Shown one piece after another: positions 1 through 8,493 of a DNA stretch of 64,000 nt. The DNA comes from Minisyncoccota bacterium (lineage in GTDB: Bacteria; Patescibacteriota; Minisyncoccia; Phycocordibacterales; UBA9973), in the NCBI GenBank assembly GCA_041674285.1, contig JBAYVZ010000002.1:14600-78599 (forward strand), read 5' to 3'. Every line of letters begins with the position of its first letter. Position 1 is the stretch's first letter. The position numbers were made by a program, and so were the translations under genes. The notes under the pieces are model-generated. The model ran no database searches and had not been told where the DNA came from. It saw only the letters and a program-made list of their open reading frames with translations.

Positions 1-319
1 TGCTGCTATCATGTCATTAGTCCCTACCATTGGCACAGCCTTTATAGCAATACCTACAATTTTATATCTATTATTTATGGGGATGAATATTGATGCGATA
101 GGCTTGACTGTGTGGTGCATTGCCATAGTTGGCACAGTAGACAACTTCCTAAATCCACTAATAGTAGGCAAACAGACGAATCTACATCCGATACTCGTAC
201 TATTCTCAGTATTAGGAGGTATTGCATTGATGGGTCCTATGGGCATACTCATCGGTCCACTAGCAGTCAGCCTACTCCGAGCACTTTTCCTAATATACAG
301 AGAGGAAATCAAACAATAA
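1..319 (+). CDS. AI-2E family transporter (PerM/YdiK-like), C-terminal part; 5' end lies outside the window
   Basis: ORF open to the window edge; C-terminal TM helices with the DNFLxPxxVG...HPxxVLxSVLGG pattern typical of AI-2E/UPF0118 permeases; hairpin terminator follows. Confidence 0.55.
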   Translation, partial: AAIMSLVPTIGTAFIAIPTILYLLFMGMNIDAIGLTVWCIAIVGTVDNFLNPLIVGKQTNLHPILVLFSVLGGIALMGPMGILIGPLAVSLLRALFLIYREEIKQ

Positions 320-323
320 AAAA

Positions 324-358
324 ATCCCCACAGGTCCGACCTGTGGGGATTTTTTTTA
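324..358. terminator. bidirectional rho-independent terminator
   Basis: ccccacaggt/acctgtgggg 10 bp stem followed by a T-run; sits between convergent genes. Confidence 0.7.
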
Positions 359-592
359 TTCAGATTTTGCTTCAGCTTTTACATGTATTACCTTTGGCTT
401 CTTTGGTACAATCAGCATCATTGCAAAGTATCCTAGTATTCCAGGGAATATTCCAGTGAACACACCAAACACTAGATAGAATACACGGAACAGTACAGGG
501 TCTGTATCAAAGTATTCCCCTAGACCGCCCATGATTCCTGCTACTATCTTATTATCCTCACTTCTGTATAATTTCTTTTCGTATGTTTTCAT
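356..592 (-). CDS. PspC-domain membrane protein
   Basis: 78 aa; IAGIMGGLGEYFDTDPVLFRVFYLVF followed by a TM helix matches the PspC domain. Confidence 0.7.
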   Translation of the reverse strand: MKTYEKKLYRSEDNKIVAGIMGGLGEYFDTDPVLFRVFYLVFGVFTGIFPGILGYFAMMLIVPKKPKVIHVKAEAKSE

Positions 593-620
593 ATATTTAT
601 TATATATTATTTTTAATCTA
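584..620. repeat. 37 bp direct repeat, copy A (spans stop-spacer-start junction)
   Basis: tgttttcatatatttattatatattatttttaatcta; 36/37 identical to 1474..1510. Confidence 0.9.
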
Positions 621-1482
621 AAACTGAAGGATCTCGCCGAACATGAAGATTGATATTCATTGAGTCTAAAAGATTCATATCTTCAACATCTAATGAAAAA
701 TCAAATACATTAAGATTCTCTTTAATTCTTTCTATGTGAACAGATTTTGGTAAAGGTATCACACCATGCTCTATCGCCCATCTGATAAGTATCTGTGTTT
801 TGGTCTTGCCATGCTTTTTAGCAATCTCTTCGATATTAGGATTTTCGTGCCCTACACTTTTTGGATCGACAGACGGAGCAAGAGGAGAATGAGCTTCAAC
901 AACAATTTTATTTTGATTGCAGTAGTCTAATAAATCTTTTTGATACAAGAATGGATGAAACTCAATTTGATTCACCATAGGCAAAACAGTTGCGTATGTT
1001 TTCATTTCCTCCAGATGACCAATAGTATAATTTGAAACTCCAATCGCTTTTGCTTTGCCAGATTTATAGATATCTTCCATTCCTCTCCAAGTCTCTTTTC
1101 TCTTATTAAGACTCATATAACTTGTACCTGCCTCATTTGGCTCGACGCTTGCAGTAGGCCAGTGAACTAAATATAGATCTACATAATCTAGTCCCAATTT
1201 TTCAAGAGATACCTCTATAGCTTTTAAAGTGCTCTCATACCCTTGATCTAGATTCCAAAGCTTTGTAGTGATAAACAATTGCTCTCTAGGAATTCCGCAA
1301 TTCTTGATAGCCATTCCAACGCCTTCCTCGTTCTGATATATCATAGCCGTATCTATGTGACGATACCCCGTATGAATAGCAGATATAACTGCACTCTCAA
1401 CCTCTTCCCCCTCTTTTACACGAAAAACTCCAAATCCAATATTGGGAATATCAAGACCGTTATGTAATTTAATGTTATTCAT
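613..1482 (-). CDS. aldo/keto reductase (2,5-diketo-D-gluconate reductase-like)
   Basis: 289 aa; AKR N-terminal GFGVFRV and IDTAxxYxNE motifs; about 280 aa TIM-barrel length. Confidence 0.85.
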   Translation of the reverse strand: MNNIKLHNGLDIPNIGFGVFRVKEGEEVESAVISAIHTGYRHIDTAMIYQNEEGVGMAIKNCGIPREQLFITTKLWNLDQGYESTLKAIEVSLEKLGLDYVDLYLVHWPTASVEPNEAGTSYMSLNKRKETWRGMEDIYKSGKAKAIGVSNYTIGHLEEMKTYATVLPMVNQIEFHPFLYQKDLLDYCNQNKIVVEAHSPLAPSVDPKSVGHENPNIEEIAKKHGKTKTQILIRWAIEHGVIPLPKSVHIERIKENLNVFDFSLDVEDMNLLDSMNINLHVRRDPSVLD

Positions 1483-1510
1483 ATATTTATTATATATTAT
1501 TTTTAATCTA
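1474..1510. repeat. 37 bp direct repeat, copy B
   Basis: tgttattcatatatttattatatattatttttaatcta; pairs with 584..620 and brackets the AKR gene. Confidence 0.9.
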
Positions 1511-1784
1511 CTTTTTCAAGCTTCTTGTAAAGTGTCCCCGTAAACAACAGAATCAATATACCAATAGATAGCAGTACAAGTGGATGCTCTTTAAAGAAAT
1601 GGACATCTTCCAAGAAGAATCTCATCCCCTCGATTATAGCAGTCACTCCAAAAGTCAGCAGAAACATAAACAGTAGTGGGTACCTGTCGAACACAGGCTG
1701 TGTATATTTACCAGCTTTATGATTTATATGCTTTATAATATTCTCTGCCTTTTGGATTGGGTCTTGTGTATTCATATATATCAA
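1503..1784 (-). CDS. small hypothetical membrane protein
   Basis: 93 aa ORF with two predicted TM helices; no recognised family. Confidence 0.4.
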   Translation of the reverse strand: MIYMNTQDPIQKAENIIKHINHKAGKYTQPVFDRYPLLFMFLLTFGVTAIIEGMRFFLEDVHFFKEHPLVLLSIGILILLFTGTLYKKLEKVD

Positions 1785-1864
1785 TTATACCTAAAACAAG
1801 AAATAAATATATTTGACTTTTTTTATAAATAGTTTATAAATATAAAAAATAATACTCTAAAATT

Positions 1865-2086
1865 ATGGAATTAATAGATTTAGTAGCTCAAAAATTATTT
1901 GAGGAAACGATAAATGAAGAAAACCCCAAAGAATACTTAAATAAGAACTTTAAGGAACTGATGGGTAAATTCAGAGAAGAATTTGGCTTTAAAAAGCTTA
2001 GCAAGGGAGGATTTATCTCAAAATACAAAGGAGCCAAGAATAAAGCTGAGGGAATGATACTGTCACAGCCAAAACGAAAAAAGTAA
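1865..2086 (+). CDS. hypothetical small charged protein
   Basis: 73 aa ORF followed by a strong hairpin terminator at 2089..2127. Confidence 0.35.
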   Translation: MELIDLVAQKLFEETINEENPKEYLNKNFKELMGKFREEFGFKKLSKGGFISKYKGAKNKAEGMILSQPKRKK

Positions 2087-2088
2087 CG

Positions 2089-2127
2089 ATTGCCATGAAT
2101 ACATATCTGTATTCATGGCAATTTCTA
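2089..2127 (+). terminator. rho-independent terminator
   Basis: attgccatgaataca/tgtattcatggcaat 15 bp stem followed by a T-run. Confidence 0.7.
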
Positions 2128-2177
2128 TATATATTGAAAAATAAGTCATTTTAGTATAGAATCCATATGTTATCTAT

Positions 2178-2248
2178 TAGGGGATCGTCTAACGGTAGGA
2201 CAGAAGCCTTTGAAGCTTTTAATCTAGGTTCGATTCCTAGTCCCCTAG
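2178..2248 (+). tRNA. tRNA-Gln (anticodon UUG)
   Basis: Cloverleaf: acceptor tagggga/tccccta, anticodon stem gaagc/gcttt, loop cTTTGaa, T-arm ctagg-ttcgatt-cctag, discriminator G; resembles bacterial tRNA-Gln; no encoded CCA. Confidence 0.85.
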
Positions 2249-2253
2249 CAAAA

Positions 2254-2285
2254 AAGAAAACCCGCCCTCAAAGGCGTGGTTTTCT
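2254..2285 (+). terminator. terminator after tRNA-Gln
   Basis: gaaaacccgcc/ggcgtggttttc stem with a T-run. Confidence 0.55.
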
Positions 2286-2486
2286 TTTGCTAGGGGAAGC
2301 AAATGAACTGCTTCACTTGCGTCTAGGAATCGAAGACCTTGAGCTTGTATTTTGAAATGTTAATTTCAAAATACGCGAAAGGTGTACTGAACCTGTAAGG
2401 TTCGATAAGCTCTAAAGGATTAGTATTTGTAAATAATCGCTACACTCTTATACAAATACTGAACGTACTCGCGGTCCTAGTCCATT

Positions 2487-3533
2487 TTATTTCTCAATAT
2501 TCAAAATCTTTATGAGTGCGAGTTCTAGTGGTAGCTCTTTGATACTACTGTGTCCAGACATTTGATATGCCTCGAGTAATATTAAAAGTGCACGAGATGA
2601 GATATGCTCTGGCTTTTCGAGGACTAGCTCCCCTAGGAATGTTTTATCCTTTTCTGAGAGGGGTATGATACTCGCCATCTTTGGCGCATAGCGTAGCAGT
2701 AATGCAGCACGCATCTTTACAAGTACCATCTTCATATATAGATGCATGTCACTATTCTGTGCAGAGACTGCATTGATAGCCATATACCCCCGCTCGATAT
2801 CATTGTGTGCGAGAGCTCGGAGAAAGTCATCTACTAGTGTGATATCCGGTGAGCCAGTCACTTCGAGGATTTGCTCCAAACTTATTTTTTTACTTTGTGA
2901 GAATGATATGACTTTTTGTAGAGTAGATTGTGCGTCACGAAAAGCTCCATCTGATATGAGTGCGATGACTTCTGCCCCACCTGCCTCGAGTGTATACCCT
3001 TCTTTCTTTGCAGTACTGCTGACCACATCAGCGAGAATTTTCTCTGTAGGTTTTTTGAAAGTAAAAGTCTGACATCGGGATACGATAGTCTCTGGTACTT
3101 TTGATAGCTCTGTTGTAGCGAGGATAAATACCACATATTCAGGTGGCTCCTCTATAGTCTTTAGCAGTGCATTCCATGCCTCTTTTGTCAGCATGTGCAC
3201 CTCGTCGAGGATGTAGACTTTGTATTTATAATCAAATGGCATAGTACGCACACTCTCACGGATATCACGAGCGTCTTCTATCTTTCTGTTACTTGCTGCA
3301 TCCATCTCGTAGATATCATTTACACTTGTACCTAGTTCGCGGGCGATGATACGTGCGATAGTAGTCTTGCCAGTACCACGTGGGCCGGATAGTAGATACG
3401 CATGAGCCACCTTCCCCGCTGCAAAGGCACCTCGGATAGCATTCACGATATGATCCTGACCTATCACCTCGTCAAAATTCTCGGGGCGGTACTTTGTATA
3501 TAGAGCGATATTTGATTCTTCTTTTTTAGACAT
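2487..3533 (-). CDS. dnaX: DNA polymerase III subunit gamma/tau, short form (clamp-loader ATPase)
   Basis: 348 aa; Walker A GPRGTGKTT, DEVHML, SRC motif (VSRCQ), clamp-loader domains I-III; no tau C-terminal domains. Confidence 0.85.
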   Translation of the reverse strand: MSKKEESNIALYTKYRPENFDEVIGQDHIVNAIRGAFAAGKVAHAYLLSGPRGTGKTTIARIIARELGTSVNDIYEMDAASNRKIEDARDIRESVRTMPFDYKYKVYILDEVHMLTKEAWNALLKTIEEPPEYVVFILATTELSKVPETIVSRCQTFTFKKPTEKILADVVSSTAKKEGYTLEAGGAEVIALISDGAFRDAQSTLQKVISFSQSKKISLEQILEVTGSPDITLVDDFLRALAHNDIERGYMAINAVSAQNSDMHLYMKMVLVKMRAALLLRYAPKMASIIPLSEKDKTFLGELVLEKPEHISSRALLILLEAYQMSGHSSIKELPLELALIKILNIEK

Positions 3534-3650
3534 CCCGTTAGAGATAGGTAATGATTACATTACCGTATCGAGTTAACATATAGTAATAAATACGACTTAC
3601 TTTAAATAATATCCCATAGATAGAAATAGAACAAACACATCTCTAACGGG
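3534..3650 (-). mobile_element. MITE-like element, copy 1 (117 bp, 12 bp terminal inverted repeats) inserted at the dnaX start codon
   Basis: TIR cccgttagagat/atctctaacggg; flanked by (a)cat/aacat duplication containing the ATG; internal hairpin ggtaatg-atta-cattacc; first 70 nt about 90% identical to copy 2. Confidence 0.6.
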
Positions 3651-3671
3651 AACATATTTAGAGTATACCAA

Positions 3672-4754
3672 TTAACGTGTTTTTAAAAAAGCAGCCACTA
3701 TTTTATCTACCTCCTCTGCACTATTCGAATCCATCAGTTGCATGCGGAGTTCTTTTGCTCCGGGGAATCCATTGCAGTATGCCTTGTAGTGCTTTTTCAT
3801 TATCGAAAAGCTCTTTATATCACCGAGGAGTTCTTCGTATAGCTTTGTATGCTCTACTAGTACGCGCAGTCTCTCTGGTACTGGTATCTCTATTTTATTC
3901 TCAAGCCAGTATCTATCTTTATATGAAGGTACAAATCGAGAATAAATATTAACAAAAAATTGTTTTATTTTATTTGGACTTGAATATTTTTGAGAATTGA
4001 TATTTTTTATATCTGCGAACATCCATGGGTTGCCGAATATTGCGCGACCGATCATCACACCGTCGCACCCTGTTTCAAGGGCGAGCTGTCTACCGTGTGC
4101 TACATTTCGTACGTCACCATTACCGATGATTTTTGTTTTTACACCCATTTTATTTCGTATCTCTACCACTTTTTTTACATAGGACCAGTTAGCAGGCACA
4201 GATGACAATTCCTTGCGTGTACGAGCATGCACGGTCAGTGTGGCTATATCTTGTGATAGTAGGAATGGTATCCACTCATCAATCTGCACTTGGTTGTACC
4301 CCACGCGAGTTTTCACTGACAATGGAATATCTTTCCCAGCATCCTTTATTCCATCTTTTGCGGCCTGAATAATCTGCGCAGAAATTTCTGGAGTTTTTAT
4401 CATGGCAGCACCTGCACCTTGCTTTTCTATCGATCTATCTGGACATCCCATATTGATATCGATACCGTCATAACCCATCTCGGCTACAACCTTTGCAGCA
4501 ATTCGCATCTGTTCTGGGTGACTAGAAAAAAGCTGGGCGACTATTGGTCGCTCACCTTCTGTATAGGCTAGATCGCGGATCAATTTTTCTCGAGCCACAG
4601 GATGAGCCAATCCGTCCGCAGATACGAACTCTGTCCATGTCACATCTGGCTTGCCGTACTTTGCTATAACACGACGAAAAGCTGGATCAGTGACATCTGC
4701 CATTGGAGCCAATACAAAGAATGGTTTATTTAATTTTTCCAAGAAGTTGTTCAT
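3672..4754 (-). CDS. dusB: tRNA-dihydrouridine synthase
   Basis: 360 aa; LAPMADVTDPAFR N-terminus and FMN-binding TIM barrel typical of Dus. Confidence 0.85.
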   Translation of the reverse strand: MNNFLEKLNKPFFVLAPMADVTDPAFRRVIAKYGKPDVTWTEFVSADGLAHPVAREKLIRDLAYTEGERPIVAQLFSSHPEQMRIAAKVVAEMGYDGIDINMGCPDRSIEKQGAGAAMIKTPEISAQIIQAAKDGIKDAGKDIPLSVKTRVGYNQVQIDEWIPFLLSQDIATLTVHARTRKELSSVPANWSYVKKVVEIRNKMGVKTKIIGNGDVRNVAHGRQLALETGCDGVMIGRAIFGNPWMFADIKNINSQKYSSPNKIKQFFVNIYSRFVPSYKDRYWLENKIEIPVPERLRVLVEHTKLYEELLGDIKSFSIMKKHYKAYCNGFPGAKELRMQLMDSNSAEEVDKIVAAFLKTR

Positions 4755-4921
4755 TATCTTTTGAAGATTTTTTAAATTAATTCTTGAACGGGAACTTGCG
4801 CAGGCGCGACTGGTGCCGAGCAGAGCAGAAAAATTAGCAAATTTTTACGCGTGTCCCGAGAGAGAAGTTAATTTATAAAATCTTGATATGTGTGCTTTTT
4901 GAAAGAAGCTATTTTGAATTT

Positions 4922-5794
4922 TTATTGAAACTTATAAAAAACCTTATTATTAAATCTCATATCGATGTACAGGAGTGTATCATATTTTCCAGTTATTTCA
5001 TCTTTGAATTCTTTTTGAGACATTGCAGTGACTATATCCTCTCCCACTTTTTTCATATCAGTGTCTTTTTTAAAAATAATACGCGGATTGGTAGCACCAT
5101 CCTTATGTTTGAGATAAAGGGAGACAGTATCATCTTCCTCATAAACCAGATATGTGGGATCCAGATTTGCAGATTTTACATCTTCAACTAGTCGAACAAA
5201 TGACCTAAATAAATCAGAATTTATCATCTGACTACCCAGCACAGACTTATTATCAGAAAGGGGTGCGTAGTATTTAAAATATAAATTTCCAGATACGTAA
5301 GGCGCTTTATCAAAGATATACCCTTCATCATTTACAAAATAACAATTCTCGCCTTGGTCCAATGCAGATTCGGGAACCTTTGCCCCGCACCACATATGGG
5401 AGCCTGATCTTTCTTTTATGATGACCTCTAGTGTATTTACATTCTTTACATTCAAAGACAATTTTTCAATACGAGTGAATCTAGATAGTAGCCCATCATA
5501 GATAGAGTCCTGAGGATAGATAAAAGAATTCTTTCTCTGAAAAATATAAAGATACTTTCCAGATATTTTATCATTCACAAAATTTCTCACTTCGTCCTCC
5601 CCTAAGATCTTCGTACCTATCACATCCACCTGGTTAATAGTCATCTTTCTGTATCCCGACAGAAAAGACAGGCCGACGATACTCAATATTAGCAACACAA
5701 AACACAAAATAGAAATGCGAATGTTTGCATTTCTTTTTGTGCGTTTTATTTCTAGTACACGCGGAGATGATAGTATGTCACGCGTCTTAGACAT
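4922..5794 (-). CDS. ftsQ: cell division protein FtsQ/DivIB-like (POTRA domain)
   Basis: 290 aa; N-terminal TM anchor then POTRA-like INQVDVIGTKIL and beta domain; adjacent to serS. Confidence 0.55.
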   Translation of the reverse strand: MSKTRDILSSPRVLEIKRTKRNANIRISILCFVLLILSIVGLSFLSGYRKMTINQVDVIGTKILGEDEVRNFVNDKISGKYLYIFQRKNSFIYPQDSIYDGLLSRFTRIEKLSLNVKNVNTLEVIIKERSGSHMWCGAKVPESALDQGENCYFVNDEGYIFDKAPYVSGNLYFKYYAPLSDNKSVLGSQMINSDLFRSFVRLVEDVKSANLDPTYLVYEEDDTVSLYLKHKDGATNPRIIFKKDTDMKKVGEDIVTAMSQKEFKDEITGKYDTLLYIDMRFNNKVFYKFQ

Positions 5795-5795
5795 A

Positions 5796-7109
5796 TTATT
5801 TTGAGATTAAAGTTTTTCCTCCAAGATATTTTTGCAGAGCTTCTGGAATTTTAATAGAACCATCTTCTTGTTGGTAGTTTTCAATTATAGCAATCAATGT
5901 TCTTCCGATGGCTACTACGGTAGCATCATTCATATGAACTGGCTCTATTTTCCCATCAGCACGACGAACTCTAGTATTTAGGCGTCGAGATTGGAATCCT
6001 CCAGTAAAGTCCGCACTATGAGTTTCGCGATACCTATTCTGCCCTGGCATCCATGTCTCTATATCCATCTGTCTTGTATCTGGGAATCCCATATCACCAG
6101 TACATACAGCGATAACTTGATATGGCAAATTTAAAGTCTGCAAAACATGTTCTTGTATTGATACTAAGAAATTTTGCTCTAGTGTTGAATTCTCAGGCAG
6201 AGAGAAAACCTCCATCTCCAATTTATCAAATTGATGTTGTCTTAAAATTCCATTTGTATCTTTTCCTGCTGTACCTGCCTCACGTCTAAATGCAGTAGAG
6301 TATCCAGCATAACGAATCGGCAAATCACTCTCTTCGAAAATCTGATTCATATGCATAGATCCGAGAGTATGCTCTGCACTACCTATGAGCATCAAATCAT
6401 CATTGGGGAACATATAGTGATCCTCTGGAGTCATGTAGCGAGCCATCTTTACTTGGACAAGGGGCCTGACAAATACAGGAGGTATCACTGGCATAAATTC
6501 AGATACATTTAGAGATAATCCGGCCTTAGTAGCAATCTTCTGTAAAGTTTCTTTATTTGTCAAAAAATCTAAACACATCTGGATAAGAGCAAATTGCAAC
6601 AAAACCAAATCCCCTTTCAAGTATGCAAAACGAGAAGAAGCTACTTCCCCAGCTGTCTCGGTATCTATAATGCCTAGATCCTTACCGAGTTCAAAATGCT
6701 CTTTTGGTGTAAATGGGAATTGTGGTACTTCCCCCCATGATCTTATCACCTGATTTCCAGACTCATCTGGACCCTCGGGAGTATCAACAGATGGGATGTT
6801 TGGAATTTTCAACATTAAAGACTGCCATTTAGACATGACATCTTTTAGTTCTTCATCTTTTTCATTCAAGTCATCCTTTACTATTTTCATCTCGCTGATC
6901 ATCTGGTCGCGAATACTTGCATCACGTTCTATAGCTATGACTTTGCTCATTTTGTTCTGTTCACTTCTTAGACCTTCAACTACAGACATCAGGGCTAGAC
7001 GTTTTTCGTCTATATCAATGAGTTCATTTATATCCACCTTGCTGTTCTTTTTTAGAATACCAGCGATGACCAAATCCTTATTCTCTTTTATGAATTTAAT
7101 TTCTAACAT
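5796..7109 (-). CDS. serS: seryl-tRNA synthetase
   Basis: 437 aa; N-terminal coiled-coil arm (MLEIKFIREN-type) and class II catalytic core motifs. Confidence 0.9.
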   Translation of the reverse strand: MLEIKFIKENKDLVIAGILKKNSKVDINELIDIDEKRLALMSVVEGLRSEQNKMSKVIAIERDASIRDQMISEMKIVKDDLNEKDEELKDVMSKWQSLMLKIPNIPSVDTPEGPDESGNQVIRSWGEVPQFPFTPKEHFELGKDLGIIDTETAGEVASSRFAYLKGDLVLLQFALIQMCLDFLTNKETLQKIATKAGLSLNVSEFMPVIPPVFVRPLVQVKMARYMTPEDHYMFPNDDLMLIGSAEHTLGSMHMNQIFEESDLPIRYAGYSTAFRREAGTAGKDTNGILRQHQFDKLEMEVFSLPENSTLEQNFLVSIQEHVLQTLNLPYQVIAVCTGDMGFPDTRQMDIETWMPGQNRYRETHSADFTGGFQSRRLNTRVRRADGKIEPVHMNDATVVAIGRTLIAIIENYQQEDGSIKIPEALQKYLGGKTLISK

Positions 7110-7144
7110 ATTCCCAGTATAGTAAAAAATGGTAGAATATACAA

Positions 7145-8008
7145 ATGCAAGAAATTCTCAAATTAAAACCTGAGCAATTCCCCAAGGCACTCCTAGAAAT
7201 CCCCCAGCCACCAAAAGAGCTATATATACGTGGAGTACTCCCAAAAGAAAATGAATATGTATTCCTAGCTGTTGTCGGCTCACGCAATCATACAAACTAC
7301 GGTCGCGATATTTGTGAGAAATTAATCGCAGGCCTACGCGGATATCCTATCGTCATCGTATCAGGACTAGCTATGGGTATAGACACTATCGCACATCGCA
7401 GTGCTATGAAGGCCGGACTACTGACACTATCTATGCCGGGATCAGGTCTTGATCCAAAAGTTTTGTATCCGAAGAATAATATAAATCTTGCCGAGGAGAT
7501 AGTGGACAATGGCGGATGCCTACTCGCAGAATTCCCACCGATGATGAAAGCAGAGCTGTATACATTCCCCCAGCGCAACAGATTGATGGCGGGAATTTCG
7601 AAAGCCACTCTCGTAATAGAGGCCGCAGAGAAATCCGGCACCCTGATCACGGCACGCATGGCACTAGACTACAATCGTGATGTCCTCGTCATACCCGGTT
7701 CAGTATTCTCAAATACATCTAGTGGTACCAATAGATTGATCCGCCAAGGTGCCACACCTATCACAAATAGCACCGAACTCCTCGAAGCATTAGGCTTTGA
7801 GGTAGACAAGAGTATGAGTGAAAAAGACAAATATGCAGACTGCGGAGAGGATGAGATGAAGATAATAAAACTCCTCGATGATCCGATGGAGCGCGATGAT
7901 CTAGTCCGAGCATCCGGTATGAATATAGCCAGCGCCAATGCCCTACTTTCTATAATGGAAATAAAAGAATTGATATGTGAGGAACTGGGTGAGATAAGGA
8001 AGATATAA
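7145..8008 (+). CDS. dprA: DNA processing protein DprA (Smf)
   Basis: 287 aa; Rossmann-like SMF domain with GSRNxTxYG and VSGLAxGID motifs. Confidence 0.85.
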   Translation: MQEILKLKPEQFPKALLEIPQPPKELYIRGVLPKENEYVFLAVVGSRNHTNYGRDICEKLIAGLRGYPIVIVSGLAMGIDTIAHRSAMKAGLLTLSMPGSGLDPKVLYPKNNINLAEEIVDNGGCLLAEFPPMMKAELYTFPQRNRLMAGISKATLVIEAAEKSGTLITARMALDYNRDVLVIPGSVFSNTSSGTNRLIRQGATPITNSTELLEALGFEVDKSMSEKDKYADCGEDEMKIIKLLDDPMERDDLVRASGMNIASANALLSIMEIKELICEELGEIRKI

Positions 8009-8016
8009 AATAAAAC

Positions 8017-8050
8017 AAACCCATCCGAATAATCGAATGGGTTTGATAAA
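8017..8050. terminator. bidirectional terminator between dprA and the 8070..8369 gene
   Basis: acccatccg/cgaatgggt stem with flanking A/T runs. Confidence 0.5.
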
Positions 8051-8069
8051 TTTTTAAACAATAAATTTA

Positions 8070-8369
8070 CTAATTTTTAAAAAAACTACGGTAAACAATG
8101 TAAGCCAAGGCTTGAGCCTCTGATACTTTTTGAAAAAGAATTATAGTCTCTTCTTCATCATCATTAAACCGAATAGCTGCTTTATTAGATTCTAGCGAAT
8201 TAAATAAACTATCAGCTCTTGTTTTGCTGGGGTTACTACCCATTAGTTCGATTCTTAATTTATTAAGATCCGCAACTAGAAAACCTTTCTCAAATCCAAA
8301 GTAGGCAGCGAAGCAATTAACTTCTTCAACTTTAGAATCTAACAATGCTTGTTTAATTTTAATATCCAT
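8070..8369 (-). CDS. hypothetical protein
   Basis: 99 aa ORF with no recognised motifs. Confidence 0.35.
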   Translation of the reverse strand: MDIKIKQALLDSKVEEVNCFAAYFGFEKGFLVADLNKLRIELMGSNPSKTRADSLFNSLESNKAAIRFNDDEEETIILFQKVSEAQALAYIVYRSFFKN

Positions 8370-8453
8370 CTTTGTAAATTTTAATTTGTTAGCATTATAT
8401 CACTTTTATACATAAAAGTCAATAGATAAATGACAAATTTTCAAAGGCTAGAT

Positions 8454-8482
8454 TTGCAAAAAAATATTCTTTCGTGTAATAC
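8454..8482 (+). promoter_or_regulatory. sigma70-like promoter for topA (TTGCAA-17-TAATAC, TG-extended)
   Basis: -35 at 8454..8459, -10 at 8477..8482, 17 bp spacer; predicted TSS about 5 nt before the ATG at 8494, so the mRNA is nearly leaderless. Confidence 0.4.
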
Positions 8483-8493
8483 TAGACGAATAT

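Noticed and set aside
2167-2355. 62-aa ORF overlapping tRNA-Gln
   Set aside because: It is fully explained by the tRNA-Gln gene and its terminator.
2284-2486. Possible SRP RNA (ffs) next to dnaX, as in Firmicutes
   Set aside because: No GGAAGCAGC/GNRA domain IV signature on either strand, and the region lies downstream rather than upstream of dnaX.
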